NCBI GenBank assembly: GCA_964602975.1
Contig: CAZRTH010000001.1
Coordinates: 70,303 to 134,302, forward strand
DNA length: 64,000 nt
From: an uncultured Candidatus Saccharibacteria bacterium
Lineage (GTDB): Bacteria; Patescibacteriota; Minisyncoccia; Phycocordibacterales; JBBTRF01
Reading direction: 5' to 3'
The translations under genes and the position numbers were made by a program. The notes beneath the pieces are model-generated. The model was not told the origin of the DNA and ran no database searches. It saw only the letters and a list, made by a program, of their open reading frames with translations. Of the stretch, positions 38,265-48,878 are shown in pieces (the first letter of the stretch is position 1; each line of letters begins with the position of its first letter).

Positions 38265-39260
38265 TTATTGCAAAAACTGCGCCTTGTTCGACAGATGTTC
38301 CTCAAAAGTCCGGCCGTAGTGCATCACGCCCTTCTTGTCGGTGAGGAAGTAGAGATATGGCGTGGAGATCGGGCTGATAGTGGCGTTTATAGAGTCGAGA
38401 CCAGGATTGGTGATCGGCGTTGGCGGCAGGCCTTTGTACAAATAGCTGTTGTACGGCGAATCGATCTTCAAATCTTCCGATGTGAGGGTATCAGTCGTCT
38501 TGCCATTGATATATAAGAATGAGGAGTCAACTTGTAGAGGCATACCGAGAGAAATGCGTTTCCATAAGATACCCGCAATAGTGCGGCGAGTCACGGTGGT
38601 GCGGCCCTCCTCCTCGACGATCGATGCCATTTTCACTACGTCTGAGAGCGGCTTGCCGAACGAATCCAGTGCGGGCCGGATACTCGCGATCTTTTGATCA
38701 AAATTGACACGCATTACTTCCCGCATGTTTTCCGGAGTCACGTTCGGCAAGAAACGATACGTATCGGGAAACAGGTACCCCTCGGATGTAGACGCGATGG
38801 TCAGAAACCTTGCAACATCAAAATTCGGCAACTCCTTCTTGGCGATCACCCCGATCTGTTTTACGCTCGAACCTTCAGGGATCGTCAGCTGTTTATATTC
38901 AATGCCGAAAGCGCCTCTCGAAATGCGCGAAAGAAGTTCGAGCGACGAAAGCGGCGTCCTAAAAAAATACTGCCCTGCCAGCACGCTGCGTTGATTGCCA
39001 GAAATGTAGGCAGACAGAGTAAAGAAGGAAGCCGATCGGATGAAACGTGCGGATTCAAGCTGTTGCGAAAGCTGGCGCAGCGAAACGCCCTCCTCGACCG
39101 AGAAAAAAGAAGCAGCCGGAAAGCCTTCGGGCGGTCGGATGAACAGAGTCCAGAGAATGCTCCACGCGACAAGACAGACGCAGACCGTGATGCCGAAAGC
39201 GGTCGAGAGTGCCTGAAATGGCGATCGAATACTGTCCGGAGAAGCGTCTGAAGTATCCAT
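38265..39260 (-). CDS. mltG: Endolytic transglycosylase
   Basis: EGYLFPDTY, ASIVEEE, LQVD, SPYNSY...GLPPTPI. Confidence 0.94.
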   Translation of the reverse strand: MDTSDASPDSIRSPFQALSTAFGITVCVCLVAWSILWTLFIRPPEGFPAASFFSVEEGVSLRQLSQQLESARFIRSASFFTLSAYISGNQRSVLAGQYFFRTPLSSLELLSRISRGAFGIEYKQLTIPEGSSVKQIGVIAKKELPNFDVARFLTIASTSEGYLFPDTYRFLPNVTPENMREVMRVNFDQKIASIRPALDSFGKPLSDVVKMASIVEEEGRTTVTRRTIAGILWKRISLGMPLQVDSSFLYINGKTTDTLTSEDLKIDSPYNSYLYKGLPPTPITNPGLDSINATISPISTPYLYFLTDKKGVMHYGRTFEEHLSNKAQFLQ

Positions 39261-39296
39261 GGGAAATAATGAAAATTGGCGGAATTAAAAACGCAA

Positions 39297-40577
39297 TTAA
39301 ATTGGAAGATTGCTTGGCGCTTCGGAACGTCGAGATTCGATACGATCCAAAGAAGGCGTGGTAGCGGTCGCTCCAGGAAGGTGGAAGATGGTGGCGAGCG
39401 ATTCGGCAGTCATGATAAAAGGCTTTGATTTCCAAAATCGGTATGGATAGGTGAAGAACGAGCGGTGCTTGTAGGCATCGAGAAACATTTTCTCGTAGTG
39501 AGTGCGACGCATTCGGGCGAAGTCCTGCCATGGGTAGTCGAAATCAGTAAAGAAACCGAGCCCAAGGTTGTTGATGTAATTGTAATTGCCGCCGTACTGA
39601 CGAAATGCGCCGATCAAACCCGGCACGCGCACCGGCAGCTTGTTCGCCTCTTTAGTGGCAATATAGAGACCGCGAATGCACGTATCAAACGGCAGCTGAT
39701 GCATATTTTTTTCGATGGCCGCAATGGCATCGGTCTGACCCTTAGTGTAATCCGGGAAACTCCTGGTCTTCTTGCCGTCTTTGTCCTTCACCTCCGGAGT
39801 CGCGGCGTCTTTAATATTTTTGATCTCACCTTCGCAGGCCTTGATCCAATCATCCTTCTTCTTCAAATGTCCTTCAGGTAAACCGAGCTTCTTGTGTGCC
39901 TGGATGAGGATCTGGAACCATGCCTGCTCCCCATTTTGAAGCGAGCCCATCCATTCAAGCAGCGAATTTATCGGATCTATCTTAAACTCCTCTTTTTCAG
40001 AAGCCTTGTCCAAGCCGAAATCCACATAACTCTTAATTTGATACATGTCTTGCGGCTTGCCCGTCTTCTTGTCCTTTCTCGAGTGCACGAAATATGTTCC
40101 CCACATCGGCATCTCTTCCGGATGAGTGAAGACCTGGTCGCTATAATCCGGAACCTCCTCGATCACGATGCCGGGATAATACGCGTACAGCTGTGCCTCG
40201 ATGAGATCCTTGTACTTCGTGTGCGTCCAGATATAGAAATGTACTTTGCCACCAATAGAGGCCATTTCCAACGAGAACCAATTTCGTATCTTGCCGTTGA
40301 CATAGGTGTCGATCCAACTTGCCGAGCCTTTTTGCCAAATAGATGCCAGAAAAATCTCCATCGCCAGCGGCGACTTGGTGACTTCCTTCGGCAATCGAAT
40401 CTCCAGTAGAGTGCCACCTTGTTTTTCCACAAATTCGCTACGGACGTAGTAGAACCAAGTGTGTGCGAATACGAATCCGCAAAAGAACGGCAGCCAGATC
40501 GGATAGAGGGAAAGAAAAGTAGAGACGCTTTGATAGATCAGGTTGCTAAAGTCGGCTGCGAGAACAGATTCCATCAC
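39297..40577 (-). CDS. Conserved CPR membrane-anchored hypothetical protein
   Basis: LLEIRLP...KSPLAME, WFSLE, EAQLYAYYP, LATIFHLP, PSNLPI. Confidence 0.8.
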   Translation of the reverse strand: MMESVLAADFSNLIYQSVSTFLSLYPIWLPFFCGFVFAHTWFYYVRSEFVEKQGGTLLEIRLPKEVTKSPLAMEIFLASIWQKGSASWIDTYVNGKIRNWFSLEMASIGGKVHFYIWTHTKYKDLIEAQLYAYYPGIVIEEVPDYSDQVFTHPEEMPMWGTYFVHSRKDKKTGKPQDMYQIKSYVDFGLDKASEKEEFKIDPINSLLEWMGSLQNGEQAWFQILIQAHKKLGLPEGHLKKKDDWIKACEGEIKNIKDAATPEVKDKDGKKTRSFPDYTKGQTDAIAAIEKNMHQLPFDTCIRGLYIATKEANKLPVRVPGLIGAFRQYGGNYNYINNLGLGFFTDFDYPWQDFARMRRTHYEKMFLDAYKHRSFFTYPYRFWKSKPFIMTAESLATIFHLPGATATTPSLDRIESRRSEAPSNLPI

Positions 40578-40642
40578 TCAATGATACAAAAAAAGACCGC
40601 CCCACTCAAGGGACAGTCTTTTTTGCTCGTTCAGAGTCTTGC

Positions 40643-41698
40643 TTACGCCTTCACTGCCGGAGAGAAGCTCACGACTACCGAATACTTCCCCTCCTTGTCT
40701 TTCTTGAAATGCTTCGGATTTTGAAGGTTGACCATGATAGTGTTCTCTTTCACATATCGCTCTTTGAGTACCTTCTCGACGATCTCGCTCTTGTTGAGCG
40801 GACCACTCTTTTCGATGATCTTTTTGATCACATCCTTCACAACGCCACTCATATAGCCCCATTCAGCGAGTGCGTAGAGACCGCGACCGACAAGCACGAA
40901 GCGTGAGTCCTTGATGAGCTCGTTGTGGCAAGTAGCGACATGAGCCTTGATGTTGAAGATCTTTTCGATGTTCTTTGCGACCTGAGTGAAGTGGATCGGC
41001 GAACCGTGCTTTCGGATAACGAGAAACGCGTAGTCTCGCATGCCCTTCGTCTTGATATTTGGAGAATCAGCCAAGCCCCACTCACCGAGCGGATTTTGCG
41101 CGATCTTCTTTGAAAGCTTAAGCCATCGGCGAACTACTTCTTCATTCTTGTATTTCTCAGACACATCCTTGAGATGCTCGAGGAACTTGTTGACCATCTC
41201 TGATTCAGAGAGCAGGTCGTCATTCGAGATATTCTTGTACAGCTTGTGGAGAGAGCCTTCTACCTGCTTTGCGAGCTCTTCATTTACATGCCATCGGTGA
41301 TTGAAATGTTCGTCTTCTTTCTGGCGCTTGAAGATGTCACCGAGAACAAGAAGAAAATTGAGATGGTTTTGGAGAGACGCGTCTTTTGAAATATGGGAAA
41401 GGAGGTCATCTTCTACCACAACCCCACCGAGAGAGTGGAGCACTTGCTCGAGGTCGGCAAAAGCGGTCTTTTCTTTTCCATACACATCAGACTTGCGGAT
41501 ATTGGCGATAGCGTAATTTTCGATCTGTCGGACTCGCTCTCGGGTGATGCCGTATTTCTTGCCGATCGCTTCGAGCGTAAGGCGCTTTGCTTCCTTGCCA
41601 AGACCATAACGAGCAACGATCACTTCCTGAGCGCGGTCAGGTAGCACGGCGATCAGCCGCTTGGTCACTTGTTTTGGTTTGAAGCTAATAGTGCTCAT
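40643..41698 (-). CDS. Sigma70 region-4 HTH plus C-terminal winged-HTH protein
   Basis: TLEAIGKKYGITRERVRQIE, HNELIKD.RFVLVGRGLYAL.EWG. Confidence 0.85.
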   Translation of the reverse strand: MSTISFKPKQVTKRLIAVLPDRAQEVIVARYGLGKEAKRLTLEAIGKKYGITRERVRQIENYAIANIRKSDVYGKEKTAFADLEQVLHSLGGVVVEDDLLSHISKDASLQNHLNFLLVLGDIFKRQKEDEHFNHRWHVNEELAKQVEGSLHKLYKNISNDDLLSESEMVNKFLEHLKDVSEKYKNEEVVRRWLKLSKKIAQNPLGEWGLADSPNIKTKGMRDYAFLVIRKHGSPIHFTQVAKNIEKIFNIKAHVATCHNELIKDSRFVLVGRGLYALAEWGYMSGVVKDVIKKIIEKSGPLNKSEIVEKVLKERYVKENTIMVNLQNPKHFKKDKEGKYSVVVSFSPAVKA

Positions 41699-41794
41699 AT
41701 TTTTCTTTATTGGTGATTGAACCAAATTATCATTGATAGTCATAATAGTCAAGCTTTGTCAAAAAGTCAAGCGGGAGGCGGGTTTTTGTGGTAT

Positions 41795-44764
41795 TTATCC
41801 CGCCACGACCACGCTCACCAACTTCCCTTTTACGACGATAACTTTCTTCACTGGCTTGCCTGCGATCCACTTCTGCACTTCCAGCAAGGCCAGGGCAAGC
41901 TTCTCCAAGTCAGCATCCGTCGCGTCGCTCGGCGCGGCAAATTCCGCTCGCACCTTGCCATTCACCTGCACGCCGATCTTACGGCTGGCTTCGCGGATTT
42001 TCGCCTCGTCGCAGACCGGCCAGGCGGATAGATGGATACTTGTTTTGTTGCCAAGCTGTGCCCAAAGTTCTTCTGACATATGAGGTGCAAAAGGTGCGAG
42101 CAGTTTCAAGAACGTTTCATATTGTTCCCGGGACACGCCGGCAGCTTGCTCGTCCAGCGCATTGAGCAAGATCATCATTGTGCTGATCGCGGTGTTGAAT
42201 TTCATTTCCGCGATGTCCGCCCCAACTTTTTTAACAGTCTTGTGTAGCAAGGACTCCAATTCACTAGTCGGGACAGCGACAGAAGTGGAAGCGGGGGCGG
42301 AAGTGGCGGTCACCTTCCCTGCCAGTTTCCACACGCGCTCCAAGAAGCGACGTGAGCCGATCATGCTGTTGGTGTTCCACGCGATCTGTTGATCGAACGG
42401 ACCCATGAACATTTCATATACACGCAAAGTGTCGGCACCATACGTAGCAATGATCTCGTCCGGATTCACGACATTCCCCCAACGCTTCGACATCTTTCTG
42501 CCATCTTCGGCCATGATGAGTCCGACATGCTGGAGCTTTTTAAATGGCTCGGTGGTTGAGACGACACGAATGTCGTAGAGGAATTTGTGCCAGAAGCGAG
42601 CGTAGATCAGGTGGCGTGTCGCGTGCTCTGCCCCACCGACATAGAGATCAACCGGTGCCCAATACTGCTCCGCTCGAGGATCGACAAGCGCCTTTTTGTT
42701 GCGCGCGTCCATGTATCGCAAGTAGTACCAGCTTGAACCCGCCCATTGCGGCATGGTGTTGGTCTCGCGACGAGACTTGCCACGACACTTCGGACACTTG
42801 GTGTTCACCCACTTTTCGATCGCAGCCAAAGGCGACTCACCAGTGCCAGTTGGCTCGTATGACTTCACCTTCGGGAGTTTCACTGGCAGGTCTTTTTCGG
42901 GAACAGGTACAACCCCGCACTTCTCGCAATGCACCACAGGGATCGGCTCGCCCCAATATCGCTGACGTGAGAACACCCAATCGCGGAGGCGGTAGGTTGT
43001 TTTCTTGGTGGCAAGATTCTTCGACTCGAGATAAGCAATGATCTCATTTCGCACGCCGCGCGCGTTTTTACCGGCAAATTCTTTCGGCTCGGACAGAATA
43101 CCTGTTTGAGCATCGGCAAAACATATTTCCTGTTTACGCACCTTTTCAGCAAGCGCTTCGTCCTTCGGATACAAAACTGTCTTGAGTGTGATCCCGTATT
43201 TCTTGGCGAAAGCAAAGTCGCGCGGGTCGTGCGCAGAACACTTCACGATACCGGTACCGTAGTCGGCCAAAGCAAAGCTCGCAACCCAGATCGGCAGATC
43301 GCCATTTCCAAGCGGATCGACGATGTAGCGGCCAGTAAAAATACCTTCAGATTCTTTTTCTTCAGCAAATCCCTGCTGCGCGCGCTTTGCAACCAAGCCA
43401 GCAGAGAAGTCGAGAACCTTCTGTTTGTCCTTTGTTCCCTCGAGCAAGGTTGACAGAAACGGATGATCCGGAGCGATGACGACAAATGTGTCGGCATAGC
43501 ACGCCTCGAAGTGTGCGGAGAATGTCTGGATGGTGAGGCTTGTATCTTTCACAGGTGCAGTGAAGATCATGCCGTCGCTCTTACCGATCCAATTCCGCTG
43601 AAGCTCTTTAATAGAGGTCGGCCAATCGAGCGCGGGCCGTCCAGCCTTCGCCTTGCCGATGAAAACATCCCAGAGATAATTCATGTCCGGACGATTCAAA
43701 AAACCGGCAACCTCCGCACGCGGCAGCCAGACCACTTCGTGAAGTGCCTTCTCCTTTTCATCAGCATCTTTCCACGCGTCATCCACGAGCTCGAGATACA
43801 CGCCGGTGAAATGCGCGAAGCGATTCACTTTTTTGATCGCCTGATAAAATTGGGAGTCGATCTGACCGAATTCGCGGACAAACCGGACATTCTGATAGCC
43901 AGTCTCCTCTTGCACTTCGCGCATCGCCGCCTCAGCGAGTTGTTCGCCTTTTTCTACGCCGCCAACTACAAGACCATGCCAATCATTACTCTTCCAACGC
44001 AGACACAAATACTTGTCTTCAGACCAATGCTTCACGACGCACACGACGGCATTTCGCTCCTCTAGCGGCAGGCCGGGGCGCACTGCGTCGGGGCCAGAAT
44101 CACGGATCATGAGGGGCTTTTCTGTCGCATCCAGATCAGCCAGCAGTCGCTCGGCATAATCAGTGATCTTCAAGACCCACTGACGGATGGGCTTTTTCTC
44201 CACGACGCTACCACAGCGTTCGCACTTGCCATCCTCGAGATCCTCGTTGGCAAGACCGGTCTTGCAGGAAGGACACCAGTTGATCGGCTCGTGCGATTGA
44301 TACGCTAGACCTTTCTCGAGCAATTTCAGGAAGATCCATTGCGTCCACTTGTAGTAGGCGGGGTCGGTGGTGTTGATCTCTCGCGACCTGTCATAGTCGA
44401 AGCCGAACATCTCGAGCTGCTCCTTGTAGCGCTGAACGTTCTTCTCCACAGCGATCGCCGGATTGGTCTTCATCTTGATCGCGTAGTTTTCTGCTGGAAG
44501 GCCGAAAGCGTCAAAACCCATCGGGTGCAGCACCGAATGACCTTGCATGCGCTTCATACGCGACACAACATCGGTAGCGATGTAGCCCTTCGGGTGACCG
44601 ACATGGAGACCTTCACCGGATGGATACGGGAACATGTCGAGGACGTAGAAGGCGTCTTTCTTCGCATCCTCCTTGGTCGCGTAGATCTTTTTCTTCGCCC
44701 ACTGCTTCTGCCACTTGTTCTCTATCTTCGAGTGATCGTATGCGGGCAGTTTCTGCGATTTCAT
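41795..44764 (-). CDS. leuS: Leucine-tRNA ligase with internal NUDIX domain
   Basis: MFPYPSG..LHVGH, RDWVFSRQRYWGEPIP, KMSKR. Nudix box GGVEKGE..AAMREVQEETG. Confidence 0.96.
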   Translation of the reverse strand: MKSQKLPAYDHSKIENKWQKQWAKKKIYATKEDAKKDAFYVLDMFPYPSGEGLHVGHPKGYIATDVVSRMKRMQGHSVLHPMGFDAFGLPAENYAIKMKTNPAIAVEKNVQRYKEQLEMFGFDYDRSREINTTDPAYYKWTQWIFLKLLEKGLAYQSHEPINWCPSCKTGLANEDLEDGKCERCGSVVEKKPIRQWVLKITDYAERLLADLDATEKPLMIRDSGPDAVRPGLPLEERNAVVCVVKHWSEDKYLCLRWKSNDWHGLVVGGVEKGEQLAEAAMREVQEETGYQNVRFVREFGQIDSQFYQAIKKVNRFAHFTGVYLELVDDAWKDADEKEKALHEVVWLPRAEVAGFLNRPDMNYLWDVFIGKAKAGRPALDWPTSIKELQRNWIGKSDGMIFTAPVKDTSLTIQTFSAHFEACYADTFVVIAPDHPFLSTLLEGTKDKQKVLDFSAGLVAKRAQQGFAEEKESEGIFTGRYIVDPLGNGDLPIWVASFALADYGTGIVKCSAHDPRDFAFAKKYGITLKTVLYPKDEALAEKVRKQEICFADAQTGILSEPKEFAGKNARGVRNEIIAYLESKNLATKKTTYRLRDWVFSRQRYWGEPIPVVHCEKCGVVPVPEKDLPVKLPKVKSYEPTGTGESPLAAIEKWVNTKCPKCRGKSRRETNTMPQWAGSSWYYLRYMDARNKKALVDPRAEQYWAPVDLYVGGAEHATRHLIYARFWHKFLYDIRVVSTTEPFKKLQHVGLIMAEDGRKMSKRWGNVVNPDEIIATYGADTLRVYEMFMGPFDQQIAWNTNSMIGSRRFLERVWKLAGKVTATSAPASTSVAVPTSELESLLHKTVKKVGADIAEMKFNTAISTMMILLNALDEQAAGVSREQYETFLKLLAPFAPHMSEELWAQLGNKTSIHLSAWPVCDEAKIREASRKIGVQVNGKVRAEFAAPSDATDADLEKLALALLEVQKWIAGKPVKKVIVVKGKLVSVVVAG

Positions 44765-44906
44765 AGTGCAGTAAACTATACAACAAAATGGCCAAATGAA
44801 AAAGTTGCTGCCTTCTCACAGATAAATTGACCACATTCTTTGATAGGTATACTCTTATCTGTAGCAACGAAACCCCGACAACCGCAACACTTCACCGAAT
44901 TGCACG

Positions 44907-45509
44907 ATGAAAATTTTCAGCGATCATCCGAACGCGCTCGAATTGGTTGAGTATTTCGAGCGGTGGCTCGCAGTCGTCCCTCCCCATTGGAGAGAGATCC
45001 TTGGAAAGGTCCACATCCACCTCACGTCAATGCGACTCGATGAAATGCCGGTGACACGCGAAGCTGCCACTGCAGAACAAGCTGCTCTTGCCGAGCAAAT
45101 GAAAAAGGCTGGCACGTGGAAGCCTGATATGGACGTCATGTGCTGCCGTGCGAGCAAGAGAGGAAGCGATGGACATCACGTGATCTATCAGATGATTCAG
45201 GAAGAAGATGTAAACGAAGATACGCTGAGCCATATCGCTACTGAAGTATTGACCTGCATCGGCAAAGTAGCGTTCTCCATCGTCAATACTCGAGCGAAAG
45301 TGCTTGTCGAGCAAGACCCTCAGGTCACTCGGTGGCACGGTTCTCTGAGTGAAACGGCTCGACGTGATCTCTTTGGAGTGTTCTTTATGCTCGTCTGTTT
45401 TCCGAAGCTACCAACCGGACGGCATCACCGAAAGAGAATGAGGTTGGTTCACCGTGTGGATCAAATCGTGCGCGAGACTGTTGAGTGCGAACTGTCCTTT
45501 GCGGAGTAA
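44907..45509 (+). CDS. Orphan hypothetical protein
   Basis: 200-aa ORF with upstream TATACT. No recognisable motif. Confidence 0.6.
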   Translation: MKIFSDHPNALELVEYFERWLAVVPPHWREILGKVHIHLTSMRLDEMPVTREAATAEQAALAEQMKKAGTWKPDMDVMCCRASKRGSDGHHVIYQMIQEEDVNEDTLSHIATEVLTCIGKVAFSIVNTRAKVLVEQDPQVTRWHGSLSETARRDLFGVFFMLVCFPKLPTGRHHRKRMRLVHRVDQIVRETVECELSFAE

Positions 45510-45634
45510 TGCGGATTTTTCAGCAAACCGAAACCGTTTGACGGGAGTAGGTTTTTTTATCGCAAAAAAAGAAAAGCCGGCGCCATGGAATGGCGCCGGC
45601 TGAGGAAACGTTACGGCAATCCGACAAGCAGAGA

Positions 45635-45946
45635 TCAGTCGGCTTTTGGCTCATCTGGCTTGCGAACGCCAAGCTTCTGAAGCACGAAGTTCAAATGAGC
45701 CATATCAGCAGCTCTCGCCGCGAGGACTGGGCGAACAAAGAGTCGCCACCAGGTGATCGCCGTGACCAGAAAAACGGAAGCGAGAGCCGCGATCTGTCGC
45801 GCCGTTGAGTGGTCACCTGTCCCAAAACACGCGACACCGAGGGCGAGCAGGAGGGCCAGGAGAGCAAGGATGATGCTGAGCATGAAACGACAGAGCGCCT
45901 CAAACGGACCGGGCTGCCGCGGCTTGGATGGCAATTCAGGATTCAT
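45635..45946 (-). CDS. Small 2-TM membrane protein
   Basis: Two hydrophobic helices. Terminator GCCGGCGCCAT/ATGGCGCCGGC at about 45565-45600. Confidence 0.6.
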   Translation of the reverse strand: MNPELPSKPRQPGPFEALCRFMLSIILALLALLLALGVACFGTGDHSTARQIAALASVFLVTAITWWRLFVRPVLAARAADMAHLNFVLQKLGVRKPDEPKAD

Positions 45947-46047
45947 ACGTGTGAAGAACAGGGGTTGACCGAAGATTACGTTAAAAACTGACCGACCAGC
46001 AGTATAACCCAGATGCAACCTTTTGTCGACCCCCTCAATCCACCTAA

Positions 46048-47157
46048 TTAACCAACCTTAAATTCCAAAACGTCACCATCCTGCACGATGTATTCCTTCC
46101 CTTCTGTACGGAGCAGGCCTTTCTCTCGAGCGGCAGCAAAAGATCCTGCTTCAAGCAATGTGTCCCAATGGATCACCTCGGCCTTCACGAATCGGTCTTT
46201 GAAGTCGTTGTGGATAGCGGTGCCAGCGATAGGCGCGGTCGAACCCTTGCGGATCGTCCAAGCCCGAGTCTCTTTTTCGCCAGTGGTGAAGTAGGTCATG
46301 AGACCAAGCAAGTCGTAGCTCGATCGGATGAGATTGTCGATGCCGTCATCTTTGCCGCCTAGCTCTTTGCGGAACATTTCCTTCTCTTCACCCTTCATAT
46401 CTTTGAGCTCGTGCTCCACGCCGGCATCTACGATCACGTACTGCGCTTTTTGTTCAGTGAGGTACGCAAGTAGCGCGGCAAAGCGAGGCTCCTTTCCGCC
46501 ATCGATCTCATCGAGATTTTTTCCGCCCGCTTTTTTATTCAAACAATAGAGGATCGGCTTCATGGTGAGCAGGTGCATTCCTTTGGCAAAAGGGAGTTCT
46601 TCGTCTTTGAACGCCAAAGAGTTCGCGAGCTTGCCCTGATCGAGCGTTGCTTTGATCCGCTCGAGCACCGCCGCTTCAGCTACCGCAGCCTTGTCGCCGC
46701 GCTTCACATCACGCACTAGGTTCACCAGACGCTTCTTCACGGTCTCCTGATCGGCCATGATGAGCTCGAGATTGATCGTCTCGATGTCGCCCTTCGGATC
46801 TACCTTGCCGTGCACGTGGATCACTTTGTCATCTTCGAAAATACGCACCACTTCGAGGATGGCATCGGTCTCGCGAATGTTGGTGAGAAACTTGTTGCCC
46901 AAGCCCTCACCCTCGGAGGCACCTTTCACAAGCCCCGCGATATCGACAAACTCCACGATCGCCGGAACAGTCTTCTGAGTCTTAGAAAAATCCGACAGCT
47001 TCCAGAGACGCTCGTCAGGAACGGCCACCACACCCACTGAAGGATCAATAGTGCAGAAAGGATAATTTTCAGCCGGTACCGACTTCAGTGTCAGCGCGTT
47101 GAACAACGTCGATTTGCCGACATTCGGGAGGCCTACGATGCCTATAGAAAGAGACAT
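46048..47157 (-). CDS. ychF: Ribosome-binding ATPase YchF
   Basis: [43 protein letters not shown]. Confidence 0.97.
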   Translation of the reverse strand: MSLSIGIVGLPNVGKSTLFNALTLKSVPAENYPFCTIDPSVGVVAVPDERLWKLSDFSKTQKTVPAIVEFVDIAGLVKGASEGEGLGNKFLTNIRETDAILEVVRIFEDDKVIHVHGKVDPKGDIETINLELIMADQETVKKRLVNLVRDVKRGDKAAVAEAAVLERIKATLDQGKLANSLAFKDEELPFAKGMHLLTMKPILYCLNKKAGGKNLDEIDGGKEPRFAALLAYLTEQKAQYVIVDAGVEHELKDMKGEEKEMFRKELGGKDDGIDNLIRSSYDLLGLMTYFTTGEKETRAWTIRKGSTAPIAGTAIHNDFKDRFVKAEVIHWDTLLEAGSFAAAREKGLLRTEGKEYIVQDGDVLEFKVG

Positions 47158-47213
47158 CGGCTATTTATATCAGGATTTTGTCAAAATACCAAGGAAACGT
47201 TCGCTTAATAATA

Positions 47214-47242
47214 TTGACATTTTCGCACAAACGGTGTATAGT
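47214..47242 (+). promoter_or_regulatory. sigma70 promoter
   Basis: TTGACA-17 nt-TATAGT. Confidence 0.7.
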
Positions 47243-47291
47243 AGTGTCTGATTTTCGCCGCTTGACAACACTTTATACGAAAGGCTTCCCC

Positions 47292-48521
47292 ATGCTCACA
47301 CTCGCACTTAGTCACACCTTGCAGCAGAGTCAGTCGCTCAGCATCGAACTCGGTTTGTCGCAGAGCCTCGCCCAAACAGTCGGCCTGACTCGCCCACCAG
47401 GCTCACCCGGAAATCCGGAAGAGATCCTCGCACGAATCCTAGCAAACATCGTTGCGTCGATCACAAATGCCCGCATACAAGAAGCGGTCAGCGGATTGAC
47501 GAGCGATCCAAGTTTCGTCAAAGGTCTGCTCTTGCACAAAGAGGAATTGGCTGTCTTGAGAGAGGGTCGGATCGAACAGTTCGCGGCAGATCATCTCTAC
47601 ACAAATAGCACGCGTGACGGAAAGTTCGTCCACGCTGTCGGATCTGATGGCAAACCCGTGCTCGACCCGCCCCAGACGACCGGCATCCTCTTCAGAAGAG
47701 CACTACTCGAACCGGAAAATTTCGGCCAAGAAGTGGAGCTTCTCGCTGAACGATTGCGACAGATCGCCTCTCGCGTTCATTCGGTGGCTGAACTCAAGGA
47801 AATGACGGCAGCGAAGAACATTGCTGCTCAGGTCCGGCCACTCTTCGAAAACTTCTGTGCGATCCTAGAGCTCGTCTTCGCCAAGAAGACTGAAGACATG
47901 ATGACCGTGGCTCAATTTCTACGAGATGCCGTCATCTTAGAGAAGCTTGACCTCATCATGTCTGAACGGCTCCTGAAACGCTTCCTCAAGCGCTTTCGAC
48001 GAGTCGGTCCGCGAGCGGTTGCCCGAGATTTCGAGGAATCAATGCTCAACACCGTGGCTGAGTATACACTCATCAGTATGGGTGTGATCTCTCCGGACAT
48101 CTTTGCCCTGCAAAGGAGTGACACTGACTCGGAAGCATACGACGGTGCGTGCACAGAGTTGAGCAAGGTCGGAATCGACCTAAGCCAGGTGCTCGCCCAC
48201 TACCAGATCCAACCTGCAGGTAGGATCTTCTGGCACCGCTACTCCACCACCAAGGTGAAGCCGAGTGATCGTTCCGAGCAAATCGTCCGCGATTTCATCA
48301 TTCGGACGGTCCGCCAAGACCGCCAGGCAGTCTTGGCGGCAGTCAACCACACCGAACTCTTCGCAGGCTTCAAGGCCGCGAAAGCCAAGTATGGGGTTGA
48401 CGAAGAATTCGATGACGAAATCATCGGACAACTCACCGATCAACTCGGCAGTGACAGTTTCCAGCTCCAATACCTCGCGTTGCTGAGAAGGTGGTATCCT
48501 CAGCTCGAGAAACTCCTGTGA
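47292..48521 (+). CDS. Orphan helical protein (409 aa)
   Basis: Long ORF between a promoter and a terminator. GAAAGG before the ATG. Confidence 0.7.
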   Translation: MLTLALSHTLQQSQSLSIELGLSQSLAQTVGLTRPPGSPGNPEEILARILANIVASITNARIQEAVSGLTSDPSFVKGLLLHKEELAVLREGRIEQFAADHLYTNSTRDGKFVHAVGSDGKPVLDPPQTTGILFRRALLEPENFGQEVELLAERLRQIASRVHSVAELKEMTAAKNIAAQVRPLFENFCAILELVFAKKTEDMMTVAQFLRDAVILEKLDLIMSERLLKRFLKRFRRVGPRAVARDFEESMLNTVAEYTLISMGVISPDIFALQRSDTDSEAYDGACTELSKVGIDLSQVLAHYQIQPAGRIFWHRYSTTKVKPSDRSEQIVRDFIIRTVRQDRQAVLAAVNHTELFAGFKAAKAKYGVDEEFDDEIIGQLTDQLGSDSFQLQYLALLRRWYPQLEKLL

Positions 48522-48549
48522 CACCTGTCATACGGTCAAGAAAGACCGC

Positions 48550-48582
48550 GAGCCGCCCATGGCAACATGGGCGGCTCTTTTC
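48550..48582 (+). terminator. Intrinsic terminator
   Basis: GAGCCGCCCATG-GCAA-CATGGGCGGCTC-TTTT. Confidence 0.85.
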
Positions 48583-48603
48583 ATTTTCTTCCTTCTGTTT
48601 CTT

Positions 48604-48834
48604 CTACTGCCGCGACATCAACTTCTGGATCTCCGCTTGGTGCAGTCGCATGACTTCCATCGAGGCGAGCGTTTTGTCTTTTCCGGCCTTCACTTTTGCA
48701 TCCACTTCTTTGGCGATCTTTTCAAAAAAGGCAGGCTGCTTTGTAACAACCGCGATGATCTGCTCCCGCTGCTGTGCTGGCAAAGCCTTGAGCTGCTTCT
48801 CCAACATCTTCTTCATGAAAAATTCTTTGATCAT
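48604..48834 (-). CDS. Small Met/Lys-rich helical hypothetical protein
   Basis: MIKEFFMKKMLEKQL...P.FF.KIA.E. Follows zwf on the same strand. Confidence 0.7.
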   Translation of the reverse strand: MIKEFFMKKMLEKQLKALPAQQREQIIAVVTKQPAFFEKIAKEVDAKVKAGKDKTLASMEVMRLHQAEIQKLMSRQ

Positions 48835-48878
48835 TTTGGTGGTGTTTGATGTGTTTGAAAATTCTGTGTTGACCCATT

